From NCBI GenBank assembly GCA_036504755.1, contig DASXUP010000007.1, forward strand, positions 209,687 to 273,686: DNA of 64,000 bases, in the 5' to 3' direction. Of the stretch, positions 10,790 through 19,436 are shown in pieces (position 1 is the first letter of the stretch; the number at the start of each line of letters is the position of its first letter). The notes under the pieces were generated by a model. That model made no database searches. It saw only the letters and a list, made by a program, of their open reading frames with translations, and had not been told where the DNA came from. Both the position numbers and the translations under genes were made by a program. Source of the DNA: Coriobacteriia bacterium. Lineage in GTDB: Bacteria; Actinomycetota; Coriobacteriia; Anaerosomatales; JAJZPX01.

Positions 10790-11410
10790 TTACTTGGATA
10801 CCTCGGCTTCCCGATGGGCTTGCTGATTGTACTGCTCGAGCATCTCAGGGGTGCTTGGCGCCTCGTGGCTCCGTTGCTCGTCCACTTGAGTCCGCAGTGC
10901 CGGCGCTTCGCGTTGTACCAGCCGATGTAGATCACGAGCGCGAGATCGAGGCGAGTCTTCCCCGTGTAGCGCTTGATTTTGAGATTCCCGACCTCGGCTG
11001 ACAGGTAGGTTCTGCCATCGCGTTGTCGAGCGCGGTGCCGGGCCTTCCCCTGCTCGGCGATGCCGGCCCTCGTGAGGCGCTCGGTGTACTCATAGTACGT
11101 GTAGCGACTGGCGCATAGCGCGCGAGCTGCCAGCCCATGATGCGCCTCGTGTGGATGTCAAGTGCGACGGCCAGGTAGCTCCAGTCCTCCCAGATCCGGA
11201 TGTGAGTGAAATCGGACGCGCTCGGCGGTCGAAAGGCGGTCGGTGCGAGTGCCGTCTTCGGCTTCGGCCTGGCGCACCCACACCCGCAGGCTCTCGTGGT
11301 GGACGCCCAGATCACGCACGCACGACAGCGGCGATTGGACGTTCAGACTCTCGCGCCAGCCGGACGGCTCGCTCCCGGAACTCGGGCGAATACCTCGACG
11401 GTCTTGCCAT
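10790..11410 (-). pseudogene. Decayed IS3-family element (orfA HTH fragment fused to a frameshifted rve integrase-core fragment)
   Basis: My frame-by-frame translation gives four fragments. MARPSRYSPEFRERAVRLARESERPIAAV is the orfA N-terminus. After a frameshift comes DLGVHHESLRVWVRQAEAEDG. Then DFTHIRIWEDWSYLAVALDIHTRRIMGWQLA is the rve core start. After further frameshifts come YIGWYNAKRRH and STPEMLEQYNQQAHREAEVSK. At about 620 bp it is far shorter than an intact IS3 member, so an internal deletion plus several frameshifts are implied. Confidence 0.65.
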
Positions 11411-11552
11411 GGGTCACGGACTCCTTCCTCCAGGATGCGATAATCCTGGAAACGGAGCCTCCATCAAACCCGGGGCGTTTCACTTCTTCCTGTTGCGGAT
11501 TCGCCGAGTTCTCCGATGCTAGGGCGACGGACACGAAGTGAAAGACCACCCT

Positions 11553-12104
11553 TCAGTGACGCTTCACAGGGCTAGTGGCATGCGTCGCAACGACAGTAAC
11601 GAGCCCAACGAACATCACAACGTCACCGAGGCTCAGCACGGCACGGAGTGCAGCAAAACCAGGTAGAGGAAGGACATCACCGAGGATGAGCAGTCTGGTG
11701 GTCGCATCCCCCCACAAATGGAAGATGTCTGTTGCCGCCGCGATACGATTCACGCCACCGCCAATTGCCGCCACTGCCTTAATCGAAACCGGCATTGCCC
11801 GATTAAGCGCAATCGCCAACAGGTTCAGCGCAACACCCGTTCCCATCACTGTGAAGCCTTGGCTCACTTCGCGGTTAAGCAGACACAACGCGAGAAGCAC
11901 GACCATGAGCCCTATCCACCCGGCGAAAATCCCATCCCTGCTCTGATTAAGGTGTCCAGCGGCGAGCGGGAGAAGAGACACGAGGACAAACGCGGCGACT
12001 AGCAGTACCTCTCCTCTAATCCGGATCTCCGCCACGTCACGCAACGAACCGCCGCTCGCGATTCGCACGATAAGGGCCACAAGGAGGACCACAGAGAGAA
12101 TCAC
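11553..12104 (-). CDS. DUF5317-like polytopic membrane protein
   Basis: Track ORF 11553..12164, trimmed to the GTG at 12104 (VILSVVLLVALIVRIASGGSL), 14 nt after the upstream stop. There are five or six hydrophobic segments and a C-terminal GDVLPLP...LSLGDVVM pattern that I recall from DUF5317. The family assignment is from memory only. Confidence 0.5.
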   Translation of the reverse strand: MILSVVLLVALIVRIASGGSLRDVAEIRIRGEVLLVAAFVLVSLLPLAAGHLNQSRDGIFAGWIGLMVVLLALCLLNREVSQGFTVMGTGVALNLLAIALNRAMPVSIKAVAAIGGGVNRIAAATDIFHLWGDATTRLLILGDVLPLPGFAALRAVLSLGDVVMFVGLVTVVATHATSPVKRH

Positions 12105-12117
12105 TTGAGTCCGATCA

Positions 12118-13296
12118 TCATGACATATCCGACGCGGACTCAACGAGGGCCCCGACCACTGCATCTACTTCGCGCACAATGCGCGGACTGACCCGCTCTC
12201 GGATAGCCTTCAGCTGGTGGACATTAAGAGTCCTAGTTGCGACCCCCGCGGACATCAGGATGTAGGAACAGACCAAGTCGCTGCGACTAGCGCTGCTCTT
12301 GTCATCCGGATCTTCGCATATTCGCAGTAGCGGCGTCACATCCTGGAGAAACTCGACGCCCTCAACAATCTTGGATGACCGGCGAGCGTCGAGTTGTAGC
12401 GGCGATGTGTCAACACTCTCATCAATCCCGACGCCCATCAGCAGAGCGGCATAGCGCAATCGTTCCAGCTCTCGGCCGTGAAGACCAATGGCTCGTCCAA
12501 CCCTCGTACACAGTTCTGCGTGTCGCTCCGCGACTCCCTCTCGCCCTGGACTCTGGGCCTCCATCGCACTAATCAGGACATCAATTGTCGAATTATACGC
12601 CCTCCTGATCTCGAGCAAGAGCACGAACGATTGCCTCATGATGAGAATCATGACGACGCCCACGACGAGTCCCCAGGCACCCATCTTGCGATACATGAGC
12701 GCCGAGAGGATGCCAGCCGAGGCTTGAGCAGCAATCAACCATGCTCCGTATGAAGCGCTGCCAAGGATGGACGAACGAATCGGCCGATTGTCGCGAACAG
12801 CGGTTTCGACTTGAAGCAGGCTGAACTCGAGCGCAGCAAACAGGAGACCTACAAGAATCAGCGCTGCGTACTGCTCGGGTCGCAGCGTCTTGCCGGACAG
12901 CAGAAGCACTCCGGTGGTGGGGTGTAGGCCGAGAGGAACAAGAGCGGACGAGCAGACGACAACGGACACTGCTTCAGCCGAGAGAGACGGGAGGGCCGAA
13001 CGCCACTTCTGTCCGCGCCCAGGAGGAGCGAGCGCGATAGTCTCCGCAACCACGAGGGACACAAGGACTGTGCGAACGTCAAACAGCAGAAGTGCCCCCA
13101 AGGCTAGGGCGGAACTCATCCCGACCGTATCACCTCGTGGAAGCCAAACGTCCGAGAGTTTGAGAATGCTCAGGCCCGCTAAGAACCAGAGAAGGCCGTC
13201 CGGGGCAGAACTGGCTCCAGGCAGGAAAGCGCCAACTCCGGCGGCGCCAAGCATAAGCGTGAGTTCAAGAATCGGGAAAGGCTCAAACCGCTTCAT
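12118..13296 (-). CDS. Membrane protein with a degenerate (probably catalytically dead) HD-GYP-like C-terminal domain
   Basis: The polytopic N-terminal half is paralogous in layout to the upstream gene. The C-terminal domain aligns by eye to HD-GYP, but H is replaced (GREGVAERHAEL versus TKGHSERVAAY), HD is replaced (AALLMGVGI versus AALLHDLGKVGI), and no HHE or GYP motifs remain. The start is placed at MKRFEPF (13296), overlapping the upstream stop by 14 nt. Confidence 0.6.
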   Translation of the reverse strand: MKRFEPFPILELTLMLGAAGVGAFLPGASSAPDGLLWFLAGLSILKLSDVWLPRGDTVGMSSALALGALLLFDVRTVLVSLVVAETIALAPPGRGQKWRSALPSLSAEAVSVVVCSSALVPLGLHPTTGVLLLSGKTLRPEQYAALILVGLLFAALEFSLLQVETAVRDNRPIRSSILGSASYGAWLIAAQASAGILSALMYRKMGAWGLVVGVVMILIMRQSFVLLLEIRRAYNSTIDVLISAMEAQSPGREGVAERHAELCTRVGRAIGLHGRELERLRYAALLMGVGIDESVDTSPLQLDARRSSKIVEGVEFLQDVTPLLRICEDPDDKSSASRSDLVCSYILMSAGVATRTLNVHQLKAIRERVSPRIVREVDAVVGALVESASDMS

Positions 13297-14581
13297 CTGT
13301 AATCTTCCAACCAGGCGGACTGTCTCCAAAATTCCCATCTGCTAGGGACTCGATGAAGGTCTCCACGATGACGCGATCAAACTGCTCCCCCGCGCAGTGC
13401 GTGAGTTCGAATACGGTATCCTCCCTGCTCATAGCCGCGCGGTATGGACGTGAGGAAGTCATAGCATCAAAGGCGTCGGCGACGCCCAGAATCCTCGCCT
13501 CGATTGGAATTGCCTCCCCCGCTAGCTGGCTCCCATACCCCGTCCCATCGATACGCTCATGGTGGGCCGATATCAACGGAACGAGGTCTGCCAAGAACGG
13601 GACGTTCTCGATGATGCGCGCACCAATCTCGGGATGCATCTTGATTGCCGAGAGCTCCTCGTCAGTGAGAGGCGAACTCTTCAAGAGGATGCTCCGGCTG
13701 ATGCCTACCTTGCCGAGATCATGCAACAGTGCAGCGAGTTCTATTCGCTCTATCTTCTGATTGCCGAGACCTAGTCGCCGCGCAATGTCGACGGAATACG
13801 CCGCAACACGCTCAGAATGTCCCTTGGTGTACAGATCCTTTGCCTCAATGACGGCGACGAGGGATCGCACGGTGTCGGCGTATGTCCGCTTCAGGAGCAT
13901 ATATCGTTCATAGAACTGCCGCGCAATCATCAACGGCACGACGAACAGTGCCAGACCGACAATGCCCTCCGATGCCACGACCTGCGCTAACGCTAGCGCT
14001 AGAACTGCTAAGGCGGCTTGTGCAGGCACGGTCCAAACGAAACTGGATTTCCAGACGGTAAGAAAAGGGGTCTCCGAGCGAATAGCAATGAATGCACCCA
14101 CAAACGTGGTGTTGATCAAGAATGCACCGACCGCGAGGCCCGCAAGCGGCAGCATCATCCCCGGCATCTGAGGTCCGGTCAGGGGTGCGGCCCCAAGCGG
14201 CCTGCCCCCTGCCAACGTGTACACCCATCCCCCGGCCAAAGCCGCCAGAGTCAGCTGTCCAACGTTGAACGATCCTCGGAGTATCGGCTGCTCTTTGACC
14301 ATCAGCGAAGCAGGAACGGCTGACACACCAGTCACAAGTCCGCCTGCGGCTGGACCCAAGAGAATCGTCGCCGCCGCACAGACTGCCGTAGTGATAGAGA
14401 CTGTCATTGACGCAAGCTGCACAGGAAGAACCTCGGAGAATGCTGCAACCAGCACGAGGGCAATGAGGAGCGGAGACGGTGCTGGCCGCTGAACGGCAAG
14501 CGTCGCCGAGAGAGCCGCCACCGCCGACAATAGCGTCAGTCCGGCGAACAGACGGAGGCGGAGGACTTCTCTGCTCATCGC
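13283..14581 (-). CDS. Membrane-anchored HD-GYP domain protein (predicted c-di-GMP phosphodiesterase)
   Basis: Intact motifs: KGHSERVAAYSVDIARRLGL, LAALLHDLGKVGI, HPEIGARII, HHERIDGTGYG, GVADAFDAMTSSRPYR. The start is trimmed to the ATG at 14581 (MSREVLRL), with GGAGG 9 nt upstream. Confidence 0.85.
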   Translation of the reverse strand, partial: AMSREVLRLRLFAGLTLLSAVAALSATLAVQRPAPSPLLIALVLVAAFSEVLPVQLASMTVSITTAVCAAATILLGPAAGGLVTGVSAVPASLMVKEQPILRGSFNVGQLTLAALAGGWVYTLAGGRPLGAAPLTGPQMPGMMLPLAGLAVGAFLINTTFVGAFIAIRSETPFLTVWKSSFVWTVPAQAALAVLALALAQVVASEGIVGLALFVVPLMIARQFYERYMLLKRTYADTVRSLVAVIEAKDLYTKGHSERVAAYSVDIARRLGLGNQKIERIELAALLHDLGKVGISRSILLKSSPLTDEELSAIKMHPEIGARIIENVPFLADLVPLISAHHERIDGTGYGSQLAGEAIPIEARILGVADAFDAMTSSRPYRAAMSREDTVFELTHCAGEQFDRVIVETFIESLADGNFGDSPPGWKITDEAV

Positions 14582-14627
14582 AGAGCGCCTCCGCCCCGTC
14601 GAAACCTTGGACCAACCCCGGATACCG

Positions 14628-14702
14628 CTACACTCTGAACCAGGCACCGCTGCCGAGAACAACGGCCGCGAGAGCGCTGAGAACCAGAAACATACGCTTC
14701 AT
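14628..14702 (-). CDS. Possible 24-aa hydrophobic micropeptide (MKRMFLVLSALAAVVLGSGAWFRV) upstream of the HD-GYP gene
   Basis: ATG at 14702 preceded by AAGGAGG with a 10-nt spacer, ending in TAG at 14628-14630. Not in the ORF track because it is too short. It has a single predicted TM or signal-like segment. Only the SD and hydrophobicity support it. Confidence 0.25.
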   Translation of the reverse strand: MKRMFLVLSALAAVVLGSGAWFRV

Positions 14703-14843
14703 GATGAGAAGACCTCCTTGGTGAAACCATGAGTGTCTTCTCCCATTCCGCTAGTAATGGAAGAACGCTGTCCGCTCCGCTCGTTTTAGTCTGCTGACAG
14801 TGTTCGATCCGATGAGCCACGGAGTTGGTCCAAACTGTGGGAT

Positions 14844-15506
14844 CTATTGGGTTGTCAAGAAGCCCATGCGCCTGTTGATAGCGTCCAACGTCGCTTTGAC
14901 TATCGCATCCTTGTCGTTCTGCCTCACGAGCGCGGAGCCCACGAACGTCTGCTCGCCGAGCGGGGTCACGAGCGCCATGCACGAGACCGCGACCTTCTCA
15001 CGGCCGAGGTGAACGATGGCGACGTCCTCTATCGCGAAACTGTACGACCCGTGGGTGTACTGTTCGACGGCATTGAGCGTCGCTTGTGCCACGAGCCTCA
15101 GCCGACCGGTCTGACTGGCCGCGCCGGTGGCGTCGCCTATGTACGAATCCCCCTCCAGTTCGAGGTCCACGGTGACCGTCGCCTTCACGCCGCTGACTTG
15201 GCTGTTGATCGACTTGATCCGCGGCCGGTTCGCGGCCTTCGGCGAGTCCTCCTTCGGCATCATCTCCTGGCCGAGCTGCGCGATCGAGATCTTCTTGTGA
15301 TCCACGGGGATGCCGAAACTCGCCATGATCGTGGACTCGATATCGCGCACGAGCTGCTTCGGCGACTTGCTGGGGAGCGCGAGGACGTGTATCTCCTGGA
15401 TCACGCCGTCGGATGAGGTGACGACACGGGCGGCCTTGACCTCGGCCACCTGGCACAGCGCCTGTTCGATCTCTGAGATGGTCACCTGTGAGGCGCGAAT
15501 GTCCAC
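14844..15506 (-). CDS. Hypothetical two-domain protein; the C-terminal half resembles a LeuA-allosteric/ACT-like fold pattern
   Basis: 220-aa ORF with backbone-like GC and coding-like composition. I recognise no family with confidence. The C-terminal VKATVTVDLELEGDSYIGDATGAASQTGRLRLVAQATLNAVEQY...DAIVKATLDAINRRM pattern is reminiscent of LeuA_dimer-type regulatory domains. Confidence 0.6.
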   Translation of the reverse strand: MDIRASQVTISEIEQALCQVAEVKAARVVTSSDGVIQEIHVLALPSKSPKQLVRDIESTIMASFGIPVDHKKISIAQLGQEMMPKEDSPKAANRPRIKSINSQVSGVKATVTVDLELEGDSYIGDATGAASQTGRLRLVAQATLNAVEQYTHGSYSFAIEDVAIVHLGREKVAVSCMALVTPLGEQTFVGSALVRQNDKDAIVKATLDAINRRMGFLTTQ

Positions 15507-15597
15507 CTAGGAGCTCTCCTCGCTCTCGCCACGGTCGTTCTGCTGAGAAGCTGCGATGGTGCTGCTTGCAGGCGCGGCGCCCCTGGAACACGCATCA

Positions 15598-15627
15598 ACC
15601 TTAGGCTAGCGCGGAAAGATGTGTCAA
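15598..15627 (-). promoter_or_regulatory. Candidate sigma-70-type promoter (TTGACA-18-TAAGGT) upstream of the 14844-15506 gene
   Basis: Read on the minus strand inside the 218-nt hpf-downstream gap. The -35 is perfect and the -10 is weak. Confidence 0.3.
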
Positions 15628-15724
15628 CAATCACACTCCGTGCGGGGATGCCGCGCAGCCCGCCGCCCCACGAATGTTCGCGCGCTGTCAGAGGGGCTGG
15701 CTGACTGAAGGGTGGCGCTCGCGC

Positions 15725-16276
15725 TCACCGAGGTTCGGGCGAGATGAGACCGTAGTCGCCGTCGCGGCGCTTGTACAGGACGTTGATGTCCTCGCTCTCG
15801 GGCGTCATGAACACGAAGAAGTCGTGGCCGAGAAGCTCCATTTGAAGGATGGCTTCGTCCGTCGTCATCGGTTTCATGTTGACTCGCTTCGTCTTGACGA
15901 CGGCGGGTTCCGGCTCCTCCTCCTCGGGCAGGAAGGTCTCGGCCGTCTGGAAGCCCCGCGGCCCGGCCTTGTGCTTGTCCTTGATCTTGCCGCGGAGGTG
16001 GTTGACGCGGCGCTCGAGCTTGTCGGACACGAGATCGATGGCTGCGTGCATGTCGGTGGCCGCCTCGCGCGCCCGGATGACGGGGCCCTTCGAGAAGATG
16101 GTCACCTCGGCGACCTGACTGTTCTGGATCGACGGGTTCTTCTCGGCGAAGAGTTCGATCTCCACCTCGGTGGTAGGGCCGTCGATGAGCTTGACGACGC
16201 GACCGATCTTGTCGGTCGCGTACGCCTGTATCTCCGGAGCCACCGACATGTGCCGACCCTTGATGTTGACGTTCAC
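15725..16276 (-). CDS. hpf: Ribosome hibernation promoting factor, long form
   Basis: VNVNIKGRHMSVAPEIQAYATDKIGRVVKL (S30AE N-terminal domain) plus the C-terminal dimerisation domain MKPMTTDEAILQMELLGHDFFVFMTPESEDINVLYKRRDGDYGLI. The start is moved to the GTG at 16276, which has GGGAGGGA 5 nt upstream. Confidence 0.9.
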   Translation of the reverse strand: MNVNIKGRHMSVAPEIQAYATDKIGRVVKLIDGPTTEVEIELFAEKNPSIQNSQVAEVTIFSKGPVIRAREAATDMHAAIDLVSDKLERRVNHLRGKIKDKHKAGPRGFQTAETFLPEEEEPEPAVVKTKRVNMKPMTTDEAILQMELLGHDFFVFMTPESEDINVLYKRRDGDYGLISPEPR

Positions 16277-16368
16277 GGCGTCCCTCCCATCGATGGCGTA
16301 GGACAATTAGAGCATACCCAGCGTCTCCTGGGCGGAACATCGATGTCCCCCCGCGCGCGGCCCGCCCG

Positions 16369-17103
16369 CTAGCGGATGTGGCCGAGGAAGTCCTTCGTGC
16401 GCTCGTTCCGGGGGTTGTCGAACACGGCCGAGGGCTCCCCCTGCTCCACTATGACCCCGCCGTCCATGAAGACGGCCCTCGTGGCGACGTCGCGTGCGAA
16501 GCCCATCTCGTGCGTGACGACGAGCATCGTCATGCCGCCCTGCGCGAGGTCCTTCATGACGTCGAGCACACCACGCACGAGTTCGGGGTCGAGGGCCGAG
16601 GTCACCTCGTCGAACAGCATGACGTGCGGGTCCATGGCCAGCGCCCGCGCGATGGCCACGCGCTGCTGCTGTCCGCCGGAGAGTTGCGCCGGGTAGTAAT
16701 CCATGCGGTCACCGAGGCCGACCTTCTCGAGTTGCGCCTCGGCAGTACGCTCCGCCTCGGCCCTGCTGCGCTTCAGCACCTTGCGCTGCGCGAGCATCAC
16801 GTTGTCCTTGGCCGTCAGGTGCGGGAAGAGGTTGAAGCTCTGGAACACCATGCCCACGTGCTCGCGCACCTCGTTGATGTCCGTCTTCGGCGAGTTGACC
16901 AGCACGTCCTCGAACCAGATCTCGCCGGACGTGGGCTCCTCGAGCCTGTTGACGCAGCGCAGCATCGTCGACTTGCCGGAACCGGAGGGGCCGAGGATCA
17001 CCACGACCTCGCCCTTCTGGACGTCCATGTCGACGCCCTTCAGCACCTCGAGAGACCCGAAAGCCTTGCGCAGCTGCTTGATCCGGATGACAGGCTTGTC
17101 CAT
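16369..17103 (-). CDS. Polar amino-acid ABC transporter ATP-binding protein
   Basis: Walker [10 protein letters not shown], signature [15 protein letters not shown], Walker [12 protein letters not shown]; GlnQ/HisP-like length (244 aa). Confidence 0.93.
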   Translation of the reverse strand: MDKPVIRIKQLRKAFGSLEVLKGVDMDVQKGEVVVILGPSGSGKSTMLRCVNRLEEPTSGEIWFEDVLVNSPKTDINEVREHVGMVFQSFNLFPHLTAKDNVMLAQRKVLKRSRAEAERTAEAQLEKVGLGDRMDYYPAQLSGGQQQRVAIARALAMDPHVMLFDEVTSALDPELVRGVLDVMKDLAQGGMTMLVVTHEMGFARDVATRAVFMDGGVIVEQGEPSAVFDNPRNERTKDFLGHIR

Positions 17104-17104
17104 G

Positions 17105-18418
17105 CTACCGCTCCTCGCGCAGCTCGCGCGCCGGCGTCAGCATCCTGCGCATCCCAAGACGGTCCCAGAGGCTCGGCTTCACCCCGGCCGGCGCCTGCCC
17201 GCCCTCGGCTACCGCGAGCTTCGCCTCCAGGGTGGCGACCCAGTTGATCAGCGGGATCGTGATGATGAGATAGTAGACCGCCGCGACGACGAACGGGGTC
17301 AGGTTGCCGCCGCGGACGGCGAGGCTGTTCGAGTACAGCATCAGCTCGAACACGCCGACCGCCGAGAGCAGCGCCGTGTCCTTGAAGAGCAGGATGAACT
17401 CCGAAGTCATCGTGGGAAGCACGCGCTTCACTGTCTGAGGGATGATCACGAACCGCATGGACTGCCAGTACGTCATGCCGAGCGAGCTCGCCGCCTCGAA
17501 CTGACCCTTGTGGATCGACTGGATGCCCGCCCGGAAGATCTCGGCGAGGTAGGCGGAGCTGTTGAGTGCGAGCACGATTATGCCGGTCACGTACCAAGGC
17601 GCTCTGACGCCCGCGATCGGAAGACCCACGAAGCCGATGTAGATCTGCAGGAAGAGCGGGGTTCCTCGGATGACGTTGATGTAGGCACTGGCGACCCACC
17701 GGAGCGGCGGGAAGCGGGACATCTTCATGAACGCGAGCCCCAGGCCGCCGAAGATGGCGAGCGGGAACGCGGCGACGACCAGCAGGACGGACGTTATCCA
17801 TCCGGTGAACAGGATGGGGACGGCGAGCACGATCATCGTGGGGTTCAGGAAGAAGTTCAGGAACTGGACCGAGTTCCAGCGCTTGACCAGCGGATTCCGC
17901 TCGAGCGACCGGCTCAGGGCCTCGGATGGCGAGACTGTCGAGAACCCGAACGACAGGTCGCCCGTCACCGGCTCGACGCCGCGGTCTGTCCTTATCTCGC
18001 CGGCGAGACGGTACGTCCCGCCCTTCGTCGGCAGACCGACGTCCCAAACCTGCACCCGGACGGTGCTATCTCCGGCGATGGGCGGGGTGAACCCGAGCGT
18101 GAGGCGCCGGCCTTCTACGCGGATCCTCGGCTGGACGGGCGTGCGCTTCAAGCCCTCGAGTGTCACTACGTCGGTGCGGGTCTTGGCGAGCTCGAAGCCT
18201 TCGGGGAAGGTCAGGTCGAGCTCGGAGACGCGCTCGTTCGCGCCGGTGACGGTGTTGAACGTGATGCGCGCGGGCTGTCCGCCACTCTCCTCGCTGACAG
18301 TCACGGTCGTGCCGCTCATGGAGAAGGCGGGGGCGATGCCTGCCATGACGAGCAGCGACGCCAGCGCCAGGACGAGGGCGGCGGCCTTGAGCGGTGTGTT
18401 GCGGCGCGGCGTGCTCAT
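17105..18418 (-). CDS. Amino-acid ABC transporter permease fused to an N-terminal extracytoplasmic domain of about 160 aa
   Basis: The C-terminal half has the HisM/GlnP-type permease core ([34 protein letters not shown]). The N-terminal 190 aa comprise a signal/TM segment plus a beta-rich domain I do not recognise. Confidence 0.88.
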   Translation of the reverse strand: MSTPRRNTPLKAAALVLALASLLVMAGIAPAFSMSGTTVTVSEESGGQPARITFNTVTGANERVSELDLTFPEGFELAKTRTDVVTLEGLKRTPVQPRIRVEGRRLTLGFTPPIAGDSTVRVQVWDVGLPTKGGTYRLAGEIRTDRGVEPVTGDLSFGFSTVSPSEALSRSLERNPLVKRWNSVQFLNFFLNPTMIVLAVPILFTGWITSVLLVVAAFPLAIFGGLGLAFMKMSRFPPLRWVASAYINVIRGTPLFLQIYIGFVGLPIAGVRAPWYVTGIIVLALNSSAYLAEIFRAGIQSIHKGQFEAASSLGMTYWQSMRFVIIPQTVKRVLPTMTSEFILLFKDTALLSAVGVFELMLYSNSLAVRGGNLTPFVVAAVYYLIITIPLINWVATLEAKLAVAEGGQAPAGVKPSLWDRLGMRRMLTPARELREER

Positions 18419-18438
18419 AGGCGTTCATTCTACATAAA

Positions 18439-18466
18439 GAAGGCCCCCGGCGCGCCGGGGGCCTTC
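18439..18466 (-). terminator. Intercistronic GC-rich stem-loop between the binding-protein and permease genes (attenuator or mRNA stabiliser)
   Basis: gaaggcccccgg-cgcg-ccgggggccttc gives a perfect 12-bp stem. On the minus strand it is followed by TCTTTATG. This is the classical position for differential expression of binding protein versus membrane components. Confidence 0.45.
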
Positions 18467-18505
18467 CATTCGTGAGACCTGGTGCGACGAGCACACCTGG
18501 AGAAG

Positions 18506-19318
18506 CTACTTGCTGCCGATCCACTTCTTGTAGATCGCGTCGTACTCGCCGGAGTCCTTGACCTTCTTCAGCGCCGCGTTGACCGCCTTGAGCAGCTCGG
18601 GGTTGCTCTTGTTCACGGCGAAGCCGTACTGCTCGCCGGTGGGGATCTGCTTGACGATCTCGAGTCCCTTGGCCGGGTCCTTCACTAGGTCGACGGTCAC
18701 GGGCAGGTCGTTGACGACGGCGTCGACGTTACCGGCCTGAAGAGCCGAGAACGCCTCGGTAGCCGTCTTGAACGGGACGAGCGTGGCACCGGCGGGCTTC
18801 AGGTTCTCGGTCGCCCACTGCTCACCCGTCGTGCCCGACTGCACGCCGATCTTCTTGCCCTTGAGATCGGCCGGGGCGTTGTACTTCGACCCCTTCTTCA
18901 TCGCGAGCGACTGATTGCTGTCGAACATCGGATCCGAGAAGTCGATGAGCTTCTTGCGATCGTCGGTGATCGTCATCGACGACGCGATCAGGTCGAACTT
19001 GTTCGCTTGCAGGCTCGCGATGAGCGTGTCGAACTGCTCGGTCTGGAAGACGACCTTGAGACCCATCTCCTTGCCGATGGCGTCCATCAGGTCGACGTCG
19101 AAGCCGACGGCCTTGTTGCCCTCGAGCGATTCCATCGGAGGGAACGACGTGTCTGAGCCGACGGTGATCTGGCCGGGCGTGACGAGCTTGTACGTGGCGG
19201 CAGGCTTCTCAGCCTTCGGCGCCTCCGTCTTCGGCGCCGGCTGCGGCGTGCAGGCCGCGACGACGAACATCATCGCGATCACCGTCAGCAGCACGAGCCA
19301 AGTGCTGGCCTTGCGCAT
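18506..19318 (-). CDS. Amino-acid ABC transporter substrate-binding lipoprotein (family 3)
   Basis: The track ORF is over-extended (18506..19759). The true start is MRKASTWLVLLTVIAMMFVVAAC, with a lipobox Cys. The SBP_bac_3 pattern is present (ITVGSDTSFPPME, GFDVDLM, DLIASSMTIT). Confidence 0.88.
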   Translation of the reverse strand: MRKASTWLVLLTVIAMMFVVAACTPQPAPKTEAPKAEKPAATYKLVTPGQITVGSDTSFPPMESLEGNKAVGFDVDLMDAIGKEMGLKVVFQTEQFDTLIASLQANKFDLIASSMTITDDRKKLIDFSDPMFDSNQSLAMKKGSKYNAPADLKGKKIGVQSGTTGEQWATENLKPAGATLVPFKTATEAFSALQAGNVDAVVNDLPVTVDLVKDPAKGLEIVKQIPTGEQYGFAVNKSNPELLKAVNAALKKVKDSGEYDAIYKKWIGSK

Positions 19319-19436
19319 GTTCTCCTCCTCGAACGATTGCCGATTCCCGTGCACCGCTCTCGGCGGCGTGCATAAGCCTACACCACATATGCCGCATCCT
19401 GGAAGGACCTGAGCTGAGGCGCCGCCGCTCATGCCC

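Noticed and set aside
11343-11549. 68-aa minus-strand ORF and the overlapping plus-strand ORFs (11151-11522, 11206-11541) as genes.
   Set aside because: They are frame fragments of the decayed IS3 orfA region and its flank. The recognisable transposase peptides are spread over several frames.
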